DNA of 64,000 nucleotides from a virus. Made by a program: the position numbers and the translations under genes. The stretch covers positions 64,001 to 128,000 of the IMG/VR virus record IMGVR_UViG_3300045971_000895. The stretch is one strand, 5' to 3'. How positions within the stretch are numbered: the stretch's first letter is position 1; each line of letters opens with the position of its first letter. Shown piece by piece: positions 1 to 9,205 of this stretch. The notes below the pieces were generated by a model. It saw only the letters and a program-made list of their open reading frames with translations, was not told the DNA's origin and ran no database searches.

Positions 1-40
1 TCCAGACGGTGCCCCCGATGCTCACGAAGAGGTCCCTCTA

Positions 41-946
41 ATGTCGACCGTGAACATCCTGGTGACCTCGGACGGAACCTCTCCAACCCCCATCGCCGGC
101 GCCGTCGTTTCCATCGTGGACCCTGCCACGGGCCTGGCACTTGTCGCGCGAGCAACAACCAACTCCGCCGGCATCGCAGGCTTCGACATTCCGGACGGCG
201 TCTACGAGCTGCGCCTCTACAAGAGGGAAGTCATCTTCGGTGGGCCCGTGGCCATCACCGTTCTCGGCAACGGGGCCTACACGGTCACGGGGACCTTGCT
301 GACGCTTCCGGTGGCGACAGACCCACTGCTCTGTCGCTGCACGGGACGGCTCGTCGGCTTCTCCGGCCAGCCACTCTCCGGGGTCACTCTCGTCTTCACG
401 CAGCGGGGCGACACCGAGAACGCCCTTCCTCGAGTGTTCGCTTCCCAGCTCGTTGCGCAGTCCGACCTCATCGCGCACTCCAACGATGAGGGCTTCGTTA
501 CTCTCGACCTCATCCGGGGAGGGGAGTTCAAGGTTTCCTTCTCCGGAGAAGAGCTTATCTGGAACTTCACGGTTCCCACCCGCTCTTCCGCAAACCTCAT
601 CGATCTACTTCACCCTCAACCGGCGTCTCTGACGTGGGATCCTACTCTGGCACCGGCGAACGCCATCACGGTGCAGGTGGGGCAAACCATCACGGTCCCG
701 GTGTCCCTCGTACTCTCAAACTACGAGGTCCTCACCAACGGAGCGACCGAGCTATGGCTGGCGTACCTCAACTCAGACTCGACCATCGCCCCCGCGGTAA
801 TCGGGAGCGCAGGAGTGGAAGTGACCGGAGGGGCCGTCGGAACGGCGCAGATCTCCGCGTCTGCACGCCAGGGGTTCTACCCGCGAAGAGTGCCCGACCC
901 GCCGGCGCTGATCACGACTCCGCTGACCATCACCGTTACACCCTGA
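41..946 (+). CDS. virion structural protein, beta-sandwich (carboxypeptidase-regulatory/Ig-like) repeats
   Basis: 301-aa ORF with high GC3 and a weak AGAGG RBS. Repeated 'GxVxxAxVxIVDxxTG/SGVTLVF' beta-sandwich-like segments. Sits at the head of the + strand structural block. Confidence 0.45.
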   Translation: MSTVNILVTSDGTSPTPIAGAVVSIVDPATGLALVARATTNSAGIAGFDIPDGVYELRLYKREVIFGGPVAITVLGNGAYTVTGTLLTLPVATDPLLCRCTGRLVGFSGQPLSGVTLVFTQRGDTENALPRVFASQLVAQSDLIAHSNDEGFVTLDLIRGGEFKVSFSGEELIWNFTVPTRSSANLIDLLHPQPASLTWDPTLAPANAITVQVGQTITVPVSLVLSNYEVLTNGATELWLAYLNSDSTIAPAVIGSAGVEVTGGAVGTAQISASARQGFYPRRVPDPPALITTPLTITVTP

Positions 947-1026
947 CCAACTTCGTCTTCGGCCTCATCGAGCGGGGGAAGCTGTATCCCTCGACGGAGC
1001 GGCACGCCGGCATTCGGACCCTCTGG

Positions 1027-1332
1027 GTGAAGGTCGTCATCCGGGCGGTCTTCGATTGGGTCTCCTACCGAGACTCCTCGAAGCTCATGCAGCTCAAGCT
1101 GGCCGAGAGCGCCCAAGCCTGGCTCTTCAAGGAGAGCGAGGTCTTCAACAGCTTCGAGAACGTGTGCTTCTACCTCGACATGTCTCCCTCGAACATCCGC
1201 AACTGGGCCAAGGCGCTCTCTCGGGACCAGGTGCTGAAGATCGAGTTGGCTGACCGCGCGCCCTCCCCGAAGCAGATCTACGAAGCGCTCAACCTGAAGT
1301 ACCTCGCCGACGAAGAAGACCTCGACCTCTGA
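1027..1332 (+). CDS. small acidic protein, or C-terminal extension of 41..946 reached by a -1 frame change
   Basis: GC3 shows frame-1 coding from about 940. The first in-frame ATG/GTG/TTG is GTG at 1027. The acidic C-terminus reads ...ADEEDLDL. See the finding on the frame switch. Confidence 0.3.
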   Translation: MKVVIRAVFDWVSYRDSSKLMQLKLAESAQAWLFKESEVFNSFENVCFYLDMSPSNIRNWAKALSRDQVLKIELADRAPSPKQIYEALNLKYLADEEDLDL

Positions 1333-3482
1333 TGGCCCTCTTGACGGTACAGGAGCAGATCTCCACCCTCCTCCAACGGAATCTCGTTGAGGACAAGACT
1401 CGAGGCACGCCCTCGGTCCAGGTGGAGGCTGCCGCCGTCATGGATTCGGTGGCGCTGAACTTCGTGTTCAACCCGCGCACCGTCCTCTACTTTGCCCACC
1501 TCGCCAGGAACGCGCTGTTCAGGCTCGTCGACGTTGAGCGCCTTACGGCGCTGGCGCTGATGCAGACCGTCCGCGACCTCGGCAACCAGAGCTTCGCACT
1601 CCGGGAACTGAAGGCACTTGAGCGAGCCAAGACCTCCCTCCTCCAGATCGAGACGCAAGGACAGATCCTTTCCACTGAGGGCGCCTTCCAGGGCTTCGAC
1701 TCTGCTGCGAAAGAGTTCCTCGACAAGCAACTCTCGAAGAACGTTCGTCGTCAGGGGACGTCAAGCCTCGTACGCCCAAGCGTAGAAGCTGCCGCAACGC
1801 TCCCCTCAGAGTATGCGACGGTGACGGCGCTGCATTCTCAGGTAGCTGCGAGGCTCAAATACCTGATGCGTGGAGTGAGAGAGTTCTCGATCTCAAGCCT
1901 TGCCGGGACACTGGGCATCAACGCGGCCTTCAGAGTGCGGAAGGACGTCGAGAGCATCATCACTGACCTCGAGGCAGACCCTACGGCGGCCGGCTCCAGA
2001 GAATACGCTGTTCGGTTGAGCGCGGCGCGGACGGCTCTTCGATTGCTGGGAACGCCTCCAGGGATCTTCGACCCCAAGGTCAGCACCACGAAGAGCTTGC
2101 CTTATGGTTACTCTTTGTCGGGAGCTTCTGCTGCTTCGTCGTTTGAGCAGATCTCTTCCACGCCTGAGCCGTGGTCTGTCCCGTTCGGTACGGTGTTCCA
2201 GTATACGGTAGGCCCAGTGGCTGGGGTGTTCCCCATCTACTCCCTGACCTACGCGTTGGACTCTACGCCGTCGATGCGGAGCCCCGCCTCGCCGGGCTAT
2301 AACATCCCACCTCAGGGAGGGCTCTTCTTCGATATGGGGGGAGGTACGACCTTCCGAGTCGTTATCAACGACACAAGTTCTTGGTTCTTTAAGACTCCTG
2401 GAGATGTCGTAGCGGCAATCAACGCGCAAGCGTCCGCGTATGTGGTCGCTCGAGTGGTACCGCAGAACATTCCAGGTGCCATCATTCTCCTGGACAGTGT
2501 TGGAATCAGCTCCCTTACGATGTCCCCTTTCCGGTTGACCGATACCATCTCGGTGCCGCACTCCGGGTCTACGAGCGGTAGCCCTACTGTATGGACGAAC
2601 TCGGCCCGGACGCTCTTGGGGCTGCCAGAAGGATCCGACGATGGGGTCCGAACTGCGTCGGACATGGCGGCCTACTTGAATGGCTGTTTTGGTGTCTCCT
2701 TCTTCTCTTCGGAGAACGCGCACCTCGTGGCTCGCGTCCCGTTGGCGCCGGGCCAGACCGCGAGCATCGTTGCTCCCGGCATCTTCGCCAGCGTGCCACC
2801 GGCGCCGGCATACTCTGCGGAAGTCTCTCTCGTCGGAACCTACCTCGGTAAAGCGATAGCTCCGCCGGCACCTTCTTTGGTGAGTCGCGGGGATGTACTC
2901 ACAGCTTCTACTGGAACGTCGAAGGTCTCTTCTGCCACAGGAAGCACCGTGCTTCTCGAGGATGTCCTGCCCGTCTTCGAGGGCCCCATCGCCGTCGAGA
3001 GCGGGCTCGTCAAGATGTGGCAGTCCCTTCAGCTCGCGCTCGATGCCTTCTCCGGCGCATGGGCCAAGGGGGGAAGCGTGGATCGGATGGATTCAACCAT
3101 CGCGTCCCTCTACAGCTCCCCAACACCGGCGCGGCGGAACGACGCGATCAAGGCACTACAAGTTCTTGTAGATACTCTCGAGTCCTTGCAGACTGTCCTC
3201 TCAAGCAGCCCCCTCTCCTCGGATGTCTCGGCGGAGAGGGCAATCGCAGAGGGGATCATGTCCACGCTGACGGAGAGGAAGTTCGACAGAGCTCAGTCCT
3301 TCCTTCTCCAGGGAAGGTTCGTGGAGGTCTTCTCTCTCGATTGGCAGACTGCTTCCTTCTCTGGGGAGCTCTTGTCTTCCGCTACTGAGGTGGCTCAGAA
3401 CGACCTCACTTGGCCCCAAGGCAACAGTGAAGAGCAGTCGAATGTCCCCTACGCCACCGACGACTCTCTCGAGGTCCAGTGA
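1332..3482 (+). CDS. hypothetical virion structural protein (716 aa)
   Basis: Long ORF with GC3 bias. Its start overlaps the upstream stop (TGATG). Ser/Thr/Ala-rich, typical of structural proteins. Confidence 0.5.
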   Translation: MALLTVQEQISTLLQRNLVEDKTRGTPSVQVEAAAVMDSVALNFVFNPRTVLYFAHLARNALFRLVDVERLTALALMQTVRDLGNQSFALRELKALERAKTSLLQIETQGQILSTEGAFQGFDSAAKEFLDKQLSKNVRRQGTSSLVRPSVEAAATLPSEYATVTALHSQVAARLKYLMRGVREFSISSLAGTLGINAAFRVRKDVESIITDLEADPTAAGSREYAVRLSAARTALRLLGTPPGIFDPKVSTTKSLPYGYSLSGASAASSFEQISSTPEPWSVPFGTVFQYTVGPVAGVFPIYSLTYALDSTPSMRSPASPGYNIPPQGGLFFDMGGGTTFRVVINDTSSWFFKTPGDVVAAINAQASAYVVARVVPQNIPGAIILLDSVGISSLTMSPFRLTDTISVPHSGSTSGSPTVWTNSARTLLGLPEGSDDGVRTASDMAAYLNGCFGVSFFSSENAHLVARVPLAPGQTASIVAPGIFASVPPAPAYSAEVSLVGTYLGKAIAPPAPSLVSRGDVLTASTGTSKVSSATGSTVLLEDVLPVFEGPIAVESGLVKMWQSLQLALDAFSGAWAKGGSVDRMDSTIASLYSSPTPARRNDAIKALQVLVDTLESLQTVLSSSPLSSDVSAERAIAEGIMSTLTERKFDRAQSFLLQGRFVEVFSLDWQTASFSGELLSSATEVAQNDLTWPQGNSEEQSNVPYATDDSLEVQ

Positions 3483-3763
3483 GCAGCGCTACTGACAGAG
3501 ACGTCAGGGAGATTCTCCACTCGGCGTTTGCCTTCGTGCGCTCCGTAGAAGCCAATCGCGCCTCTGCCGCCATCACTCTCGACCACGTCATCCAGCAGCA
3601 GGTGAAGTTCTTGAAGTCCGGAGAGGCTCGTCCCATCGTCGACCCTATGGGGGCGCAGGGCGTTCGCATCTCTCGCTACGATGAGCTCAAGCAGCTCAAG
3701 GACCAGGTCGACAAGCTCGTCTCTGTGGCCAAGGAGTACTTCGGATCGGAGACCGCAGTATGA
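3479..3763 (+). CDS. hypothetical protein (94 aa)
   Basis: GTG start overlapping the upstream stop (GTGA), with GAGGT upstream. GC3 bias. Confidence 0.45.
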   Translation: MSSATDRDVREILHSAFAFVRSVEANRASAAITLDHVIQQQVKFLKSGEARPIVDPMGAQGVRISRYDELKQLKDQVDKLVSVAKEYFGSETAV

Positions 3764-4407
3764 AGGACCTCCGCGTCGTCACAGCCAGGGCGGTACTGCC
3801 CATCCAGTCCGTCGCTCCGGTGCGCGGGTTCTACCCGCCTTCCCTTCTCGTACAGGGCAAGAATCTCGCACAGACCACCGAGGTCGAGGTCAACGGAATC
3901 TTGGCGAAAGAGTTCATCATCCAGTCTGCCACCAATCTCATCGTGCGTATTCCTGAGACCCAGGTAGGGCAGGTGCTGACCTCGATCAAGGCTTACGCCC
4001 AGATCTCGCCGTCGGTCGACAAGGCAGCCTTGAACCTTGGTGTGATTCGTCCCATCAAGTTCATCTCCGGCATCGACCGGCTGGTTCAGGCGTGGCTGCT
4101 TCTCTTCTTCTCCTCTCCGGGGACCGACATCTTCTCGCCCAACAGTGGGGGCGGAGCCCGCAGCCTCATTGGCAAGACCACCGATGCGGGGCACCAGAGC
4201 GTTGCGGCTGATCTGGCGCTCTGCATCGACCGCACGAAGATGGAGCTGATGAAGCTCCAGGCCAACGCCCCCTACTTGCCGATGGAGGAGAGGCTCATGA
4301 GCAGCAGCCTCGTCGGCGTCAACTTCAACAGGGAGTCCTCGACTCTCTTCGCGGACGTCTCGCTCATCAGCATGGCCGGAACGGCCGCACAGCTCTCCTT
4401 GGGGTAA
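3760..4407 (+). CDS. hypothetical virion protein (215 aa)
   Basis: ATGA overlap with the upstream stop. GC3 bias. Confidence 0.45.
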   Translation: MKDLRVVTARAVLPIQSVAPVRGFYPPSLLVQGKNLAQTTEVEVNGILAKEFIIQSATNLIVRIPETQVGQVLTSIKAYAQISPSVDKAALNLGVIRPIKFISGIDRLVQAWLLLFFSSPGTDIFSPNSGGGARSLIGKTTDAGHQSVAADLALCIDRTKMELMKLQANAPYLPMEERLMSSSLVGVNFNRESSTLFADVSLISMAGTAAQLSLG

Positions 4408-4410
4408 CGC

Positions 4411-7400
4411 ATGGCACAGGCCGAACTGAAGACCTTCGTAGAGGACCGCCTTCAGGCGCTGATCCCCGGCATCGACGTCTCGGCCGGATCTCCGGCGCAG
4501 ACGACCTTCGTCGATCCCCTGATGAGGTACTTGGGGACGGACCCCTTCGAGACGGACATCGACAAGTTCCTCTCGGACCGCTTCCGTCAGGAGTACCCCG
4601 ACATCTACGCCGGCGACCCGAGCGCCATTCGCGATCTCTTCGTGAAGCCGCTCATCACTTTCCTCGAGCCGCTCAAGCGGGAGATCCTGACCGTTCGCAG
4701 GAACCAGTCTCTGAAGGATCCAACGGTGCTCTCGGACGATGACGCCGATGCATTGGTGGCCAACTTCTACGACCAGCGTGCCCAAGGAGCCCTCGCCGGC
4801 GGGACCGTTCGAGCCTACTACTCCAACCCCGCCAACGTTCCCATCGAAGTCACCGTCCGCTTCGCCACGGCCGGCGGCCTCGGGTTCTTCCCGACTGCCT
4901 CCACATCCATCACCGCAGAAGAGATGGTGTTCAACCGGGACGGCGCTCTCTACTACGCTGACATCCCGGTGAAGGCCGAGAAGGAGGGCACGGCGTACAA
5001 CGTCGCCGCAGGATCCATCGTCAACGTCGATGGGCTCTTCGGGGTCGTGAAGGTTACGAACCTTCAAGTCTTCCAGAGCGGGGCCGACAAGATCTCTACG
5101 GACGCCTTCGTCTCTCAGTCCCGTGAGGCGCTGAACGAGAGGTCGCTGCTCAACCGCCGAGGCGCCGTTCCTCGCCTGCGTGACGCCTTCCCGGGCCAGC
5201 TTCGCGCCGTCCAGGTCATCGGCGCGCAAGACGCAGAGATGCAGCGGGACATCTTGGTGGGGCACACCAAGGGCCACACCTGGCTCACGGGAAGAGTCAC
5301 GCTCTACGAGAACATGGCCCTGGTGCAGGCGCGCACCGTGGACGACGGAGCAGAGTCAGCTCCGGTCGCGGGCGACACGCTCTACGTCTACCTCAACAAG
5401 ACTTCCTGGCCCTCTGGGATCTTGCAGAAGGACAGGTTCGTGGAGCTCACCATCGAGGAGACGGTACTCGATGGCATCGGCGGCTCTGGGGCATACCAGT
5501 GCAGCTTCTTGGTGAGGTGGTCTGGTTCCCTCCCGACGGGAATCACTACGCCCCTCTCTGCTGAGGGAGGTTGCGCAAGGAAGGGCACGATCTCCATCAC
5601 TTCGATCCCCGGCATCGGAGCGATCACCGTCGAGGCCCCGGACCGGACGGTGCACGTCTACGGGCACACCGACATCTATGTGCGGCCCTCCGCCGACGTA
5701 GTGGCGAAGTCGGTACTGTCTCCAGTCGTCGATGCCTCTCCGATCATGGAGTACACGACGCTGTCCACCGCGAACTCGGTGCCCACCAACTGGGTGATGG
5801 ATGCGGGGGAGGACGGGAACACCTTCAAGGACTTCGCGGTGGCGGGCGTCTTGCCTGGGGATGTTCTCTACATCGAGTCGGGTGACGCTGCTGGCACCTA
5901 CACCATCGCCGACATCACTGGATCCGGCCCCAGCTCGAGGCTCCTCCTCACCACCAACGTCGAGCGGACGGCAGACAAGGCGCGGTATCGAATCTCCCGC
6001 ACCGTAAAGGTCGATCTCTTCAGCCCCAAGATCCCGAAGCTCCCCTTCTCCGACTTGCCGGCCAACGATCTCACCACGCAGATCGGATCGCTGCTCTTCT
6101 CCTTCGCCACGAACACCGTCAACTACGGTGTTCGCGTTGGTGACACCGTTCGCATCACTTCTGGCCCGGATGTGGGGGACTTCAAGATCACCGGCTTCGA
6201 CAGCGTCCTCGGTGGTCGTGGTGTTCTGGTGGACCGTCGAGCTACCGCAACTGTCGCAGGACTCAAGTACGAGATCTTCACGCCGCTCGAGCCGGTGCAG
6301 AAGCCTCTCATCCGCATCAAGGAGGTCATGCTCCTCGACTCCTCGAAGAAGGCTACCGGAGTCACGGTGCCTCCTGCGCTTCCTGTGGCGGTTCGGTCTG
6401 TAAGCGACTTCACCTCGGCCAGCACCAAGGGGCGCAGTTACCAGAGTGGCGGGATCGTTCTCCCCAAGCTCGACACGATCTTCACCACGACGAATGTGGC
6501 CCTGGCCCCTTCTTCCATAGGTGACCGCAGGTACTCCACGGGAAGCGAGCCGCTCAACGGCGGGCACTACAAGACCTTCTGCACGGACAACACCGCATTC
6601 ACGATGACGGAGATGCTCATCCCCGCCTCCGCCTATGACTCGTGCTCGTGGTTCCTTGCCTTGGTCGAGGACATCGACGCCACGGAAGCCAAGCCCCCAG
6701 TGACCTTCGAGGTCGGTGGGGTACTCAACCTTCTGAGCGGGCCGAACAAGGGCGGGTACTTGATCAAGGAGGTCGTGAAGTTCCGTTACTACCCTCCGGC
6801 GCCTAACTACGTCCCGCACTGGCTCACCTTCGTTCGCATCCACGGGGAGTTCCCTTCGGACACCTTCCGTACCGTCATCGACTTCTTGGCGGCCAACCCG
6901 GTGAGCTTCCCCGGCATCCCGTTCCTGCGCGGTCTGGTCGATGGCAGCGCGGTGTTCGAGTTCCTGTTCCGAGACGTCTTCTGGAACCAGCTCCCAGACT
7001 GGATGAACGAGTCCATCGGCTTGCTGGGCGGTTCGCCTCCAGGCACGACAGCGGCTGCACTCGACACCCTCCTCACCACGGACTACGAGGTGGGCACCCC
7101 TGCCAAGGGAGTCCTTCGCTCCTACTTCCAGCAGCCAACCCTCTTCGAGCAAAGCACCGCAGAGTCCCCTACTCCTACGACCTACGACTTCAAGGCCGTC
7201 ACGGGAGACATCCTCTCCTACCGTCCCGACCCCTTCCGCTACGAAGAGCAGAACATCCTCCCGGCCCGGGAAGCCGCAGATGTCGATGTGTTCAGCTTCC
7301 CCAGAGACGTGCTGCCAGGCAACCCCTTGGCGGACAGCGGGACGACGGCGGCCTTCTCCCTCACGGACAAGCCCAGCGTCTTCTCTATGGGGGTTCGTCC

Positions 7401-8910
7401 GGGTGACCTGCTGGAGTTGTATGAAGAGAAGCCCTTCTTCGCCGTCAACGATTACTCCGACCTGGTGGGCGTCATCACGGAGGTCGACAGCCCGAAGGTG
7501 ACTCGTCCTGCATCGGCTCCGGCGTTTGATCCCTCGCTGGGCGGCTTGCTGTTCTCCATTGTGGACGGTCCGGATGCTGGCCTCTACCGCATCATCGACG
7601 TGCCGGATTCGTACACGTTGGTGCTCGACCGGCCGCTGACTACTTCGACTCCGGAGATTCTCGCCCACGCTTCGAGCGTCTCCTTCGGGTATGGGTTCGG
7701 GCCCGGCATGGGGGGCATGGAGGACCGTATCGGCGCGCCCGGGATCGATTTCTCCCAGCACATCAATCGCTACGTCTCTCTCTACTGCACACACGCGAGT
7801 ACGCATCGCGTGTACCTCGCAGGATCGTTCCGAATCAAGAGTGTCGTTTCCGGTAACGTCAACATGGCTGTGGTTGAACGTACCGCTTTCTTCCCGAGTC
7901 CCTTCGGAGCCGACTCCAGGGCCTGTGTTGTCGTCACTGACGCACCTGCGTCGGCCCCAGAGGCCCGGAGCGGTGCCCAGAGTGGGACGGGTACAGAGGT
8001 TGTTGGCGTCCGGCTGGCACGCTTCTACCAGGACCTGCCCACGCTTCGGACCATCGTCTCGATCGGGTCCGACATTCTCACTTCCACCGTCACCGTCGAT
8101 ACGGCCTTCGGAGCCGGCATCAACAACCCCTACCGCGTCTACCGGAAGGATGTTCGGCGGGTGGGTGCGATGGAGATGTCGGAGAAGAAGGAGAGTTCTC
8201 TCTACTACTTCGACACCGAGGTGATCTCCCTCTCCCCAAGCCTGGCGGCGAACATTCCTGCCAACTCCTACCTCGTGCCGAGGGAGGGGACCTTCGTCTC
8301 CAACGGCTACAAGCACATCGTCGACGACCGGACTCTGACCTATTCGACCAAGGAAGAAGGGAAGCTCGAGCTGCCGCTCCGCATCATCCCTCCCTTCAGC
8401 GCAGACAGGTTGGACAACGCGCTCTCGGTCCCAGGAGCTTCGCTCCAGATCACCTACGACATGTCGACAGTCGTGGAGAGCGTCCAAACCTTCATCGGCT
8501 CCGTCGAGGATCGAGTCACCGCGGCGAACATGCTCGCCAGGCACTTCCTCCCGTCCTACGCCTCTTACGATGCGACGTACCTCGGAGGATCATCTCCGGA
8601 CGTCATCGCGAAGGACATCATCTCCTACATCGAGAGCCTCCCTGTGGAGACTCCCCTCGACGTCTCGGTGGTGCAGGACCTCATCGCCAATCGGGGAGGG
8701 AACCTCCTGACCCCCTCGGCGGTCGTGACCATCATGCACGACTGGAGTCGGAGGATGTGGATGGAGATGTCGCAAAACGAGATTGGAGGAACGAGATCGG
8801 CGGTCCCTTACGATGGGTCCTCTCGAGTCACGTTCTTCGTCCCGGGAGCGGACATCTCACTGAAGACGACGGAGCCCTACGGGGAGCGCATCAAGCTCGT
8901 GAGGAAGTGA
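4411..8910 (+). CDS. giant virion/tail protein (1499 aa) with repeated ~45-aa GD-x-V-x-I...G-x-Y-x-I modules
   Basis: Long ORF with RBS GGGGTAA. Internal repeats, e.g. VLPGDVLYIESGDAAGTYTIADI, VRVGDTVRITSGPDVGDFKITGF, VRPGDLLELY, IVDGPDAGLYRIIDV. Confidence 0.55.
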   Translation: MAQAELKTFVEDRLQALIPGIDVSAGSPAQTTFVDPLMRYLGTDPFETDIDKFLSDRFRQEYPDIYAGDPSAIRDLFVKPLITFLEPLKREILTVRRNQSLKDPTVLSDDDADALVANFYDQRAQGALAGGTVRAYYSNPANVPIEVTVRFATAGGLGFFPTASTSITAEEMVFNRDGALYYADIPVKAEKEGTAYNVAAGSIVNVDGLFGVVKVTNLQVFQSGADKISTDAFVSQSREALNERSLLNRRGAVPRLRDAFPGQLRAVQVIGAQDAEMQRDILVGHTKGHTWLTGRVTLYENMALVQARTVDDGAESAPVAGDTLYVYLNKTSWPSGILQKDRFVELTIEETVLDGIGGSGAYQCSFLVRWSGSLPTGITTPLSAEGGCARKGTISITSIPGIGAITVEAPDRTVHVYGHTDIYVRPSADVVAKSVLSPVVDASPIMEYTTLSTANSVPTNWVMDAGEDGNTFKDFAVAGVLPGDVLYIESGDAAGTYTIADITGSGPSSRLLLTTNVERTADKARYRISRTVKVDLFSPKIPKLPFSDLPANDLTTQIGSLLFSFATNTVNYGVRVGDTVRITSGPDVGDFKITGFDSVLGGRGVLVDRRATATVAGLKYEIFTPLEPVQKPLIRIKEVMLLDSSKKATGVTVPPALPVAVRSVSDFTSASTKGRSYQSGGIVLPKLDTIFTTTNVALAPSSIGDRRYSTGSEPLNGGHYKTFCTDNTAFTMTEMLIPASAYDSCSWFLALVEDIDATEAKPPVTFEVGGVLNLLSGPNKGGYLIKEVVKFRYYPPAPNYVPHWLTFVRIHGEFPSDTFRTVIDFLAANPVSFPGIPFLRGLVDGSAVFEFLFRDVFWNQLPDWMNESIGLLGGSPPGTTAAALDTLLTTDYEVGTPAKGVLRSYFQQPTLFEQSTAESPTPTTYDFKAVTGDILSYRPDPFRYEEQNILPAREAADVDVFSFPRDVLPGNPLADSGTTAAFSLTDKPSVFSMGVRPGDLLELYEEKPFFAVNDYSDLVGVITEVDSPKVTRPASAPAFDPSLGGLLFSIVDGPDAGLYRIIDVPDSYTLVLDRPLTTSTPEILAHASSVSFGYGFGPGMGGMEDRIGAPGIDFSQHINRYVSLYCTHASTHRVYLAGSFRIKSVVSGNVNMAVVERTAFFPSPFGADSRACVVVTDAPASAPEARSGAQSGTGTEVVGVRLARFYQDLPTLRTIVSIGSDILTSTVTVDTAFGAGINNPYRVYRKDVRRVGAMEMSEKKESSLYYFDTEVISLSPSLAANIPANSYLVPREGTFVSNGYKHIVDDRTLTYSTKEEGKLELPLRIIPPFSADRLDNALSVPGASLQITYDMSTVVESVQTFIGSVEDRVTAANMLARHFLPSYASYDATYLGGSSPDVIAKDIISYIESLPVETPLDVSVVQDLIANRGGNLLTPSAVVTIMHDWSRRMWMEMSQNEIGGTRSAVPYDGSSRVTFFVPGADISLKTTEPYGERIKLVRK

Positions 8911-9190
8911 CCCGGGTGGCCATCCCCGTGTAGGCGTCGTACTCCGTCTTGCACTCTACGCAGCGCAGGAGACGGTGGGGGAGGGCGGAGCCGGCGATGA
9001 AGGGGCGAGAGGGATCGACAAAGGCCTCGTGAGAGGGGCCTCTACAGTTCGGGCAGGAGGCACGCTGGAAGACAGCCTCCTCCTTCGCGATGAGAGGAGT
9101 GAGGATGTCTTGGTGGACCTTGGCACCTGACGCGTCCGTCTCCTCGAGGATTCGCCGGATCTCTTCTGGGTCCATCGGCTTGAAGTTCAT
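8891..9190 (-). CDS. zinc-ribbon protein (99 aa), antisense to the late operon
   Basis: Strong GC3 bias on the minus strand. Two CxxC pairs (CPNC...CVEC). Embedded between + strand structural genes. Confidence 0.45.
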   Translation of the reverse strand: MNFKPMDPEEIRRILEETDASGAKVHQDILTPLIAKEEAVFQRASCPNCRGPSHEAFVDPSRPFIAGSALPHRLLRCVECKTEYDAYTGMATRVTSSRA

Positions 9191-9205
9191 GTTCCTTCCC
9201 CCGCT

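Noticed and set aside
944-1030. Stop-codon readthrough of TGA-C at 944-946 as the explanation for the frame discontinuity.
   Set aside because: Continuing in frame 2 beyond the TGA gives Ser/Gly-rich junk with low GC3 and a stop at about 1026. The coding signal is in frame 1, so a -1 shift or an indel, not readthrough.
5356-8544. 1062-aa minus-strand ORF antisense to the 4411..8910 gene. Similar long alternate-frame ORFs: 9380..11065 (-), 14378..15610 (-), 18256..19860 (-), 19894..21201 (-), 34379..36676 (+), 36527..37411 (-), 42535..43935 (+), 46249..47829 (+), 46748..48055 (-), 49980..51368 (-), 55393..56796 (-), 56812..58815 (-), 61385..63415 (-).
   Set aside because: In a ~65% GC genome, stop codons are rare in non-coding frames. 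These ORFs have Arg/Gly/Pro/Ala-dominated junk composition, no RBS, and lie opposite or out of frame to ORFs with clear GC3 bias and recognisable domains.
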